A DNA stretch of 64,000 bases from contig NMRA01000150.1 in the NCBI GenBank assembly GCA_002633005.1, positions 592,453-656,452 on the forward strand. The letters run 5' to 3'. This document shows, in pieces, positions 41,401-53,400 of this stretch; position 1 is the stretch's first letter; the number at the start of each line of letters is the position of its first letter. Below the pieces are notes generated by a model. The model had not been told where the DNA came from and did not search any database. It was given only the letters and a program-made list of their open reading frames with translations. This DNA comes from Phoronis australis. Its lineage: Eukaryota; Animalia; Phoronida. The position numbers and the translations under genes are program-made.

Positions 41401-44400
41401 TTTGTTTCTATCACTTGCTGTCTGTATGCATTGTCTGCCAGCATAGTGCACTGCCTACTAACCCCCTGTTCTCTCTATATTCACAGAACAGACAGGAGCG
41501 ACTAGTCTATCAATTCCATTACACTGACTGGCCTGACCACGGGGTGCCTGATTACACGCTACCAGTTCTGTCATTCATCAAAAAGTCACATGCCAGAAAC
41601 AAGAACACCAGTCGACCAATCATTGTTCACTGCAGGTGAGAGTGGAAATCTTGGTCAAGGATATGATATATTGCATGCTATTAATCTAGAATTTGAGCAA
41701 AACTATGTTGTCCCAGAGAAGCCCGTTGATTTGATAGTTTCTGGGGCTTGGATACGACAACATGAGTGTCACTTCTCTTGGTTTGACAGCATAATATGTT
41801 TCACACACCCTTGCTCACATCTTCATGACACATTTTTATGCGCCCAAATATTTATATGTGGGCGCATTATGCCATCATACCCGTCCATACGGCATCTGTT
41901 CCTATGTTCATGAAATTTTGAACATTTTTTCATTTCGAAATTGAACAGCATGAGCAAACTTCGGACGGATCCAATTATTGGTGTGTCCCCAAGTTGGAAT
42001 TTTTTGTTTTTTACGTTTGCCTGTGTATCTTCAAACATCGTTATCGTATTTTCATAAAATTTATCATATAGGCATCTATTAGTGAAGTGGCGTTATTCTC
42101 CCATTTTCGGACGGATTCTAGTCAGTTTGCGCCACCTTGTGGCCATTTTTACTGATTTCGAATCTGTTTTTGGCGTCCACCCATCTATCAACCAAACCAC
42201 TATAAGGATGATTGTGAAAATTGGCATATATTATGTTCTTAGTGGGAAGAGGAAGGTTGTTTCGTTTTTTTGCGGTCATATCTGTATCTCTTAAACCCAC
42301 TGCCGGATCTTTATTAAATTCAGCAATAATTATTTGGCATTCATATGAAGTTGACTATAGACGAGAATTTTAGGGGGGCCATGGCCCCCTTGGCCCCTTC
42401 TAAATCCGCCACTGAACGACAATGATTTTCAGACAGATCCCATGAACATTGTGCCTCCTAGTGGCAATTTCATTTTTCCCATTTTCCTCTGTTTCTCTAA
42501 AGTTGCTTTACGGATTTTTGTGAAATTTCATAAATAGATTTTTCTTACAAAACGATGACATGTTCCTGTTTTTGGATAGATTCAATATAATTTGCACCAT
42601 CTAGTGGCTATTTTTATGATACAAATAAACACCCCCCAGAAGCACACCGTTTGCGATGCATTCGTGGGGTGCATTTCAACGCTCTGCGTTGGTCTTGTAC
42701 TGATACTGATACTTATTCACGACACGAGCATTACCAACTGATTTGTAATCTGCATTTTCACCATTTATACTACTTCTGCATCTTCAGCACATGCTCAGTT
42801 GATCCGTGTGTAATGTTACTTGAAGAAACATAATCAGTGACTATGAGGTATGAATATTATGCAAAATTGAAAAGAATTACCCAAATTTACCTTAAGCAAC
42901 AGTTCAGCAGTTGTCTGGAGCTTTTTAATATGCGGGTGCATACTACTGTCATCTGTGTCATCTGGCATCCACTTCTGTATCTGCAAAAACCTCTTGACAG
43001 AACTTGATGAGATTTGGCAGATGTATTACAGTAACTATGAAGCTGACGACAGATGACGAATATCAGACTGGTCCTCTGTACCCCCCCTCCAGTTAGAATT
43101 TTAGTATTTTACATTTGTCTCTGTACTGTCAGAGTTATTTGGTGGATTTTCATGAAATTTATTGAGGAAACAACAACACTTTTCCATTTTCGGACGAGTT
43201 TAAGGTATTGTGCGCCACCTAATGGGCATTTAAAGATGTTGTGTTCTCTCTCCGCCAATCCGTAGGATTATTGTGAAAATTGACAGATGTGTTTATGATG
43301 AGGAATCCGCTGCTGTTGATTTTCGGACAATTTTGATTACTTGAGCACTCCCTAGCGGTGATTCTTTTTTGCGTCTACGGTTATATCTCAACACTTTTCA
43401 GGATCTTCACGAAATTTGGCAGGTGTGTTACTCTGGAGCTGACAGCAAATGACGGATGATTTTCAGACCAATCTGAGTATCGCTGCAGCCTCTATATTTT
43501 TGAGTTCCTTGATGGTTTTCCATGAAATTCGGGAAATAGGAGATGATGATGCCTTTCAGTTTAGTTGTAATTTGATATTTATGTGCGCCACCTAGTGGCC
43601 ATTATTGTTTTTTCATGTCCGCCTCTTAACCTGCCAAATCGCTCTGAAGATCATTTTAGCGATTTTGTTTTGTGTCTGGTGCTACATCTCCCTTATCCTT
43701 GTCTGAAATTTTGCACTTGTTTCCCTGAGTCAAAGGCTGCTGACAACTTTTAGACTACCTAGACTACCGATGTTGTCGCTGGTGACATTTTCAGTTTTCA
43801 CGCGAATTTATAATCATAAGTTTCTTTGATGGTTTTCCATGAAATTTAGCAAACGAATTTCTATTATGAAGAGGCCAACACATTTTCATTGTGGAATGGA
43901 TTCCACGTATTCTGCTCCACCTACTGGCCATTTTTTACTTTAGAATTGTCTACCTTAGTCAAACCATTGACAGTATCATTATGAAAATTTACAGAATATG
44001 TTTCTACTGATAAGTATAACCGATATGGGTCCAACTACTGTGGCGCCACCTTATGACATTTTTGCATCTGCGGCTGTATTTCCTAATCCCCCTTGAAAGA
44101 TATTTCAGAAATTTGTGGCTAAAAAGAACAGATGAACAAATCATACTGCGGCTTCGTCTCTTAATGACAATCTGTTTTTTCACATTCGCCAGTCTGTAAT
44201 CTTTAGAGTTCTTCGGCGGATTTTAGAAAATTAAAATATTTTTTTCGGAAGATGACAATACATTGCCGTCTAATAGTGATTTGCAATAAATTTATGAAAA
44301 CAAATTTTACTGTTTTACCTCATGTCAAAGCCAATGCCTTCAAAAAGTCAATCGTATCCAAAAATAACCTCAAATTGATTTTTTCTGAAGTTAAAACAAA

Positions 44401-47400
44401 TAGTGTCGTTGAAGGTGTTGGTTTGGGCCCTACATGCAAGAATGTTGTGGTGATTTAATTGACCTCAGTATGATCTCATTTTAAGTGCTGGCGTGGGCCG
44501 TTGTGATGGTTTAATTGACCTCAGTATGATCTCATTTCAAGTGCTGGCGTGGGCCGGACGGGCACGTACATTGTGATTCAGAGTATGATGGAGCAGATTG
44601 CAGCCAAGGGTACAGTCAGTGTTTACTCGTTCCTCAAGCACATACGCATGCAGCGGAACTATTTGGTGCAGACAGAGGTGAGAGTTAGTGAGGGGTGTTA
44701 CATATTTGTTTTAATTTAGATTTAATGAACTCTTTTCAATTGTTGCTTGTTAAATTAACTTTTTAATTTTGTCTCTTATAAGAGGCGAATGAAAATCTTA
44801 TTCTGTTTAAGTATTTAGCATATTATTACTTGATCTTTATATTTATCAAAACCATGCATGTTGTTACAGGACTTGTATATGTGTAATTATCAATGCATGT
44901 TCTGTTACTGGTCCTAAATAGGTTCATTTATCAAGGCATGTTCTGTTACAGGATCAGCACAATGTTCATTTATCATGGCATGTTCTGTTACAGGATCAGT
45001 ATGTGTTCATTCACGACGCCCTATTTGAGTACATAAGTAGTGGGGGTCACACAGAGATCAATGAGTCAGACGTGACAGCCTACCTGGAACAAATCAACAC
45101 AAACATAGATGGCAGCACTGAAGTGGATAAACAGTTCCTGGTAAATAGTGCTCTCTGTGGTGTTTCACTAAAATGTAGAATACCTGTTTATGACGTGGTT
45201 TTGGTATACTTATCAAAAATGTTTCATCTATGTTGGTTCCCTCACTGTGAATAACCATTTGTTCTGAATTTGTGTCTAAGGAAGAAAACTGAGTATTTAT
45301 TTTTTGTCCATAATACCCTGGTTCGTTTATATTTCATTAATTGTTTTCCGTTATACCCTGGTTTGTCCATCCTTTATTATGCGCCCACATGTGGTGCATA
45401 TTGCTGTAATATCTGTTTGGGCTTCCGGCATCTGTCGTTCGACGTCCGTCGTCCACAGCTGTATCTCTTAAACCTCTCACAGGATCTTGATGAGATTTGG
45501 CAGATGTGTTTCTGTGAAGCTGGTGATGGATGACACCGACGTTTGGACTTATCCGACTAGTGGTGTGCCCCTTAGTGGTAATTTAGTTTTTTTACGTTTA
45601 CGTTTGTATCTTCAGAGCTCCTCAATGGATTTTCATAATATTTGGCAGATATGCATCTATTAGTGAGATGACGCTATTCTCCTGTTTTCGGATGGATTCG
45701 AGGAACATTGCACCACCTAGTGGCCATTTTTTTCAAGTCTGGTTGATGAAAGGGCAGACGCTAAAAACAAACTACTCTAAGGATGATTGTGAAAATAGGT
45801 GACTATGTTCTAACTGTGAAGAGGGCGGCTCCTGATGATTTTCCGACGAGTTCAACTACTTTGGCCACTCCTAGTGGCTGTTTTGTTAGTTTTTGTGCCC
45901 ATGGCTGTATCTCCTGAACGCTCCTGCTGGATCTTTATTAAATTTAGCAAGTGTATTTATATGAAGTTGACAACAGACAACGATGTCATTTGGACAGATC
46001 CTACTACTTCTGTGCCCCTCTAGTGGCACTTTTTGTCTGTATCTTTGAAACTCCTTGGCGAATTTTTTTGAGATTTAATAAATAGATTTCTATTAGAGGC
46101 AACAGGTTCCCATTTTTAGATAGATTCAATGTATAGGGGCGGTCTTTATCTATTAAATTTTCTTGCAAATTGTAGGTTTTTATTTAGAAGAATGTGATAC
46201 CTTCTTATTTTCGGGCAGATTTGACGTATTCTGTATCACTCGGTGACCATTTTAAACATTTTTGAGTAAATTTTTGAAAATTTGAAGATGTGTTCCTGAT
46301 TAGAAGACTGATGCTGACATCGATTTTCGGATTTGTTCAACTACTCTGGCTCCCCCTAGTGGCAATTTTATTTTTTTTGCATCCAGGGCTATATCTTCGT
46401 TACCCTTTGCAGGATGTTTCAGAAATTTAGCTGATGTGTTCCTGAGTATATGGCAGTAGATTACACCCAGTTTCAGACCAATCCAAGTACAGTAATGTGC
46501 TCCCTAGTGGCAATTGTTTATGTTTGCCTTGATAACTTCAGAGTTCTTTGATGCTTTTTCATGAAATGGGGCATCCATGCTTTCCTTGTTGTGATAGATT
46601 TGTCATATTCTGCACCAACTAGTGGCCAGTTTAATTGTTTATTTGTCTGTTTTTTGTTGTTTGTTTCAATATGTACCTGCCAAACCGCACAGAGGATCAT
46701 TATGAAAATTGACAGATGTGTTTCTACTGACAAGAGCGTGACTTTCAACTTTTGTGGCGCCCCTTAGTGACATTTTTTTGCATCAATGGCTGTATCTCCG
46801 AAACCCCTTGCAAGATGTTTTTGAAACTTTGCAATCATTGTATTCCTATTAGCTTGACAGCAGGTGGATGGATTCGATTTCTGCTGTGGTTCCTAACGGT
46901 ATTTTTTTGACATTTCCTTTCGTATCGACAGATATATATAGAATTTGGCAAATAATTTTGTCAGATTTGTTTAAGGTGCTCTGCGCCATCTAATGGCCAT
47001 TTTGATGAAAATAATAAACACCCCTGGGAGCACACCATTTGCGGTCCATACGTGGGTGCATTTCAATGCTCTTCGTTGCTCTTGTTAACGTAGTAGTGTT
47101 AATTGTCCATTGTTCCCTGATTCGTCTGTTCTTATTTAGTGTTTGTCCGTTATAGCCTGATTAGTCTATACTTTATTTAGTGCTTGTCCATTATACGTTG
47201 ATTAGTCTATTCTTTATTTAGTGTTTGTCCCTTATACCCTGATTAGACTATACTTTATTTAGTGTTTGTCCATTGTAGCCTGATTAGTCTATACTTTATT
47301 TAGTGTTTGTCCATTATACAGTGATTGGTCTATTCTTTATTTATTTAGTGTTTGTCCATTATACAGTGATTAGTCTATACTTTATTTAGTGTTTGTCCAT

Positions 47401-50400
47401 TATACCCTGATTAGTCTATACTTTATTTAGTGCTTGTCCATTATACAGTGATTTGTCTATTCTTTATTTAGTGTTTGTCCATTATACAGTGATTAGTCTA
47501 TACTTTATTTAGTGTTTGTCCATTATACCTTGATTAGTCTATTCTTTATTTAGTGTTTGTCCATTATAGCCTGATTTGTCTGTACTTTCAGCTGGCTACA
47601 TACTACAGTCCACGTGAACATGAGTATGAATCTGCTCACAAGTCTTACAATGTTCACAAGAACAGGTCACCACTACTTGTGCCAGGTAAACACAAGATCT
47701 GACTTTTGAATAAAATCAGTGGTTGCAGTGTCACTCTTGGTTATGTTCAAAATAGGAATGTTTTAGTCAACTGGGTGGGCCAAGGAAAATAGACTTCTAA
47801 AACTGCTACAAAGTGCCCCCTAGTGGCAACTTCAGTATTGTTGTTTTTTGCATTTGCCAGTGTATCTTCCTTGATAGGAATTCTTTGATAGACTCTCATG
47901 AAAATTAAATATAAGTTTCTAGTATTAAGGATACAACGATGCACATTGCAAAGAAGATTTTTCACTTTAAAAGCCTTCTTTCCACTGTGCGTAACGTATT
48001 TTGTCTGATACTGTACAATTGCACACTTTGTCAAAACTCAAGAGGTGGGGTATGAGTCTGGAAGAGGACAACTGGGCGATGGTATATGAATTTTTTTATT
48101 TTTTCCTCTCACAGATTAATTTAAAGTGTTTTACCTTGCAGAAATTTTAGTTGGGTGTCATGGCTTCTTTAATCTTCCTATCCACTGAAATATTATAGCC
48201 ATTCTGGGAGAACAGCTTCACAGTTGGAATTTAATAAAGCAGCAATTACGGACCATGCACTTAAAGAAAATCATATAATTGATTGGAAAAAAGTTTCATT
48301 ATGGAAATTGGAAATATAAGATTAAAGAAGCCATTTGGATGACGTCAGAAAAAAACAACATGAACAGGGATGAGGGGGTGATGAAGATCAGCCCTGTGTA
48401 CAACAGTCTGTTTACAGCACCGCCACCTAGGGGTCACTGCTAAAGTCGGCAGATCCACATTGCAGCCGATGAACTCTAATTTTTGGGAGGAAAAAATGAA
48501 AAATTTCTGAGTATACTGATTACATTTACCTTTCTGATGAAACTGTTAACTGAACTCTTCTGGCAGATGGGTGTGTATGGGTCTGGTGGGTCTGGTGGGT
48601 CTAGATGGGAATGTGGAGTTAGATGTAGGAACAGGACAACTGGGGTTGACAAACTCTGTTGGTAGCTTACACATTGCTCAGTTTGAAAAACGGGTGTTCA
48701 AGGGTTACACATTGCTTAGTTTGGTAAACTCTTGGTGATCATAGCTTACACATTGCTGTTTCAGTCGACAACAAAAGTAAAGTGCGCATTCCCATGCAAC
48801 CAGGAGTGGAAGGGTCGGACTATATTAATGCAAGTTATCTTCATGTGAGTACAGTAACTATCACATATGTTACAGCTTAAAGCGCTGTGGAATTCCGAGC
48901 CTGTCAATTTTTCATGTGTAGGGGTTTCACAAATTCAGGCCTGATTCATCAAGGCGCTAATGTATTTGGTGTGGTGACAGTTAAATGTTGTTCCATGATT
49001 AGTGTTCACATCACAATATACTGCATCTAAGGTTCATAGGTCACAGAGGCCAAAAAGGGGTTGATTATTTAGACTTGTACTTAATTAAATATGTCACAAT
49101 TTGACCCTTTCATTTGTGAGTGAATATTATTCAGAAAGTGACAGAACCAGCGGAATAGTGTTTCTGTCTTCCTGTACATTGTTGTGAAGAAGATAACACA
49201 AATAATACAATGTCATTACGGCGTTTTCCCGTTGCTCCCAACTTGTTCGATTCTGTAGCTCAACAACAAGTTGGGAAGTTTACCCCTGTAGCCAATATCT
49301 TACACGACTGATAAACTCCATTCTGGCATTCATGGTTGGTGAGCCAGCTCTCTTTTGTTTGATAATTGCTGTAATCTTCAATAAGATCGTATCTAGCCTG
49401 ACTGGGATGTGCTGTTAAAAATAAAATTTAAGTTATAACATATTTGAAGATGAACCAATAGCATTTTTGAAATCCTCTTCAAGTGGTGATCATGTTTAGT
49501 TTTTGAATCTCCAAAATCGCCCAACTGCAACCAAAGTTACGATAATCTTTTTTTTTTCGAATGTACCAAGAATTCACTCTGGGTTTGACGGTGTTCACAC
49601 GTGGTGTGTAATAAGCCTGGTAGATAACTGGCCTGCCTGTTGTCATAGCAAACAAAAGACTTGGCTTGGCAGTGAACAAAGAAGCTAGATGTTATCACGC
49701 GCTCACAACCCCCTGCGTTTGGTAAAGTCACTGAACGGGAAAATGCTGTCATGAGGAATGACTTCACAAAATGACCCTATGACTCGAGTGGGAGTGACCT
49801 GTGCAAAAACTCCTTTGAACCTGTTCTGCATTTCCTTCTTGAACCAGTCAATACACAAAATGATGATCTGGTGAATACCCAACTGACAGGGATATACTCA
49901 AAGTTCTTAGTCATTGCCAGTGTACATTATAGTTTGCTGTTGTTTATTTGTGCAATTTTGAATTGAATGACTTGATTTGTCCACCACTGTCATGTATAAA
50001 TATCAATGAAAGAATGTGAAGTGTGGCACAAGTTCAGACTTGAAGCATTTCAAACCAAGTGCAACTCTAAGAAAGTATACATCGTGAAGTAATGATTGAG
50101 TCAATGTAAGATTAATGGCTTAACTTGTATCAATGTTAATGGGGGAAAATTTTATCTATGTGGGAAGATTGCATGAAGGATAACTGGGTGATATTGTATG
50201 GAGGATAACAGGGGAAAATTGTGTCATGGATAACGGAATTGTTTCATTTTCGTTTAATTTGAAATGCTGTTTTTCCCTGGTATGCTAAATGTGTCACTTA
50301 GGAGTGCCTCAGTAGTATGCTAAATGTGTCACTAGGGGGCGTCTCATTATTGTGCTAAATTTATTGTCTTTTGTTGCTTAAAGGGTTACTACCAGAATGA

Positions 50401-53400
50401 AGAGTTCATTGTTACCCAGCATCCCTTGCCTCATACTGTTCAAGACTTCTGGCGCATGGTGTGGGACCAGAATTCCATGACTATAGTTATGTTGTCACAT
50501 GTGCAAGATGAGGTGAGTAGAGATTCAACATATGTAGTGTATGGAGTACTACTAGAACCATGTGACTATTAGTAAATGTTGTCACATATTCAGTGTGAGG
50601 TTGGGTGCTTATGAAGTAATTTGATAATGTGAGGAGGGTATTTTGGGGTATTTGTGCACATTCTAACACATTTTAAAGACCATGAGTTTTGCAACTTGTT
50701 AATAATTCAATCATTCCAATATCAGGGCGAACTATTAGCTGCAAAATGACGGTTCAATCTCTAAATGTCACATCTTAGTAAGGGTGCATTGGACAGGACA
50801 AGTTCCACTTTTACCTACGACAAGTTTCAACTCTACCTGTGACAAGTTTTACCTTTACGTTTAACAAGTTTTCACCTCTACCTGTGACAAGATTGACCTC
50901 TACCTGTGACAAGTTCTGCCTCTACCTATGGCAAATTGCACCTTTGCCTGTGACAAGTCCCACCTCTGCCTGTAACAAGATTCACCTGAGTGACTCAAGT
51001 GAATCTTGTTACAGAGTGTACACACAAGTCACAGCCATGACTGCAGAGTGCAGGCACAATTCAGTCATTACTGCTAAGTGTGAGCACAGTCAGTCTGTTT
51101 TGCTTATTTGCCATCTCTTATAATCTGCTGTTTGTCTTTGTATAGTTTGGTATTTACTGGAACAACAAAGACGAGATTCTAGACTGGGAAGGGGGTAACT
51201 TCAAAGTAACGTCCATTGATGAACAGTTTCCATTAGACCATGCAGTTCGTGACTTTATGTTGGAGTCTAAGCAGGTAACAACAAGTCATAACTTTATGTT
51301 AGAGTCTACGCTGGTAACAACTAGTCATAACTTTATGTTAGAGTCTACGCTGGTAACAACTAGTCATAACTTTATGTTGGAGTCTACGCTGGTAACAACA
51401 AGTCATAACTTTATGTTGGAGTCTACGCTGGTAAAAACTAGTCACAACTTTATGTTGGAGTCTACGCTGGTAACAACTAGTCATAACTTTCATGCACCCA
51501 CATATCTATATGCGAGTGCATATTGCGGTCACCGCTGTCTGCCATCCACTGCCGTTGCACAATGGCCAACATTAATTTTCAAACTATTTTATAGTAGCGC
51601 CCCCTAGTCAACTTAAGTTTTCTTTCATTCTGCCTCAACTTAACACATGAGTTCCGATTTAGGAAAGCACACTTGTGACACCTCCTAAATGCAAATTTTC
51701 ATTGCTGATGTTGATTTTTGGGTGGCTCTAACTTTCCTGGAAATATTTTCAAAATGAGCGGCGCCCTCTGGTGTTCACTGTTTGTAATAATGGTCTTAAC
51801 AAATGTTTGTAATGCACAGTATAGACTTGCGTTGAGATATTGCCTATGTCAGAACATTTGGACTTCCTTGAGATATTGCCACCATCAGATGATATAAGAA
51901 TTGTATTGAGATATTTCCACCATCAGAGCGTATAGACTTGTGTTGAGATATTGCCACCGTCAGATCATATAGACTTGTGCTGAGATATTGAACCGTTGAA
52001 TAATCAACTAATGAGTGCGTTCTTCTATTGGGGTAAACTGTAGGATGACTATGAGTTAAAAACACGTATGTTTTCAACAACCAACTGGATTGAGGGTAAC
52101 CCCCTGGGACAGGTGTTTGACTTTATCAAGTATGTGAGGGAATGGCATAGAGGACATCAGGCAGGACCAATGATCGTCGTTGACAGGTATGTTATCGATG
52201 TATGCAGGTAAAAGTACTATCGGGTATTAACAGCGCCACCATGTGTCTCAGTACATAATATAATTATGAGTACAGTGTTAGAGAACAAGATGACATCATT
52301 AAAGCTGTATTTTGTCATGTTTCTATGATTAAAAACAAAGAAAATTAAATTAAGGCGTTTACTCTTAACTTTTAAACTCGGTCGCATTATGCCGTCATTG
52401 TTTAGCTTTCAGGCACTGTACCGAGTATCTTTTTTGATATACTTTACCGAATTACAGAATAAACTTGTGAGTCATGGCCAAGTTAATGGCAGATTGGTTT
52501 ATTTCAATGGACCTTCTTATTTCAACGAATATGTATTACAGATCAAAATTTGAAGCTTAGTTTGTAGATATTCACACTTGCCAATGAGGTTGTACATAAC
52601 TTTTAGACTTGCCATTTAGAGCTTTCTTGAGTTGGTAATGGTTTTGATGTTTTTGATGTAAAAATAGGCTCCTATCATCATATTAGGGAATATTACAGTG
52701 TTGTACACTTACCATTGTTGTGCCGATTTTATGAGAGTAAAAGGATTAATTCTAGTTTTGCTTTTTAACCAGATTAACAGAGAGAAATGCTAGTTCTTTA
52801 CTTGACTATTATTTCATTTTTGTTAAAAGCCTAACTTTTAATACAGATTTTTTTAAAAATAAAAATTAATAAATTTAGTAAATTGAATTTTGGAATTTCT
52901 GGTCATCGTGTAAAATAACAAAAATTGTTTACATACTAACCATGTCTAACTTTTTCAAAATTTACTTTAAAGTAAAGCCAATACAAAGAAGGTTGTGATG
53001 GTGCACCGTGTTGTAATAGTGAAGAGTAAGTGATAACACAGTGCCCTCTTGTGTTGACTTGTCGCAGTAATGAATCTGCATTCTGCCTTCATTGACAAGT
53101 TTAGCTTACTTGAGTTGAGTTTGGAAACTTACGAAAGGAGTTTGAACGTTGGGAGGATTAGTTAAGAACTTTTATGTATGAGTTCAATTAATTTGTTTCA
53201 GGACTTAAGGTACAGACTCCAAATATTATGGACATCTCAACATGTTCATGATTTTTATTGTTGTGGGATTTGAATTTTCTATAGTTGTGGGCAACACTGT
53301 AATATTAAACATAAACACCCTTTTTAATTATTATACAAACCCCATATTGTAATTATTATGTAACCACCTTGTTATAATTATTGTGGCAAAATAAGTAAAG

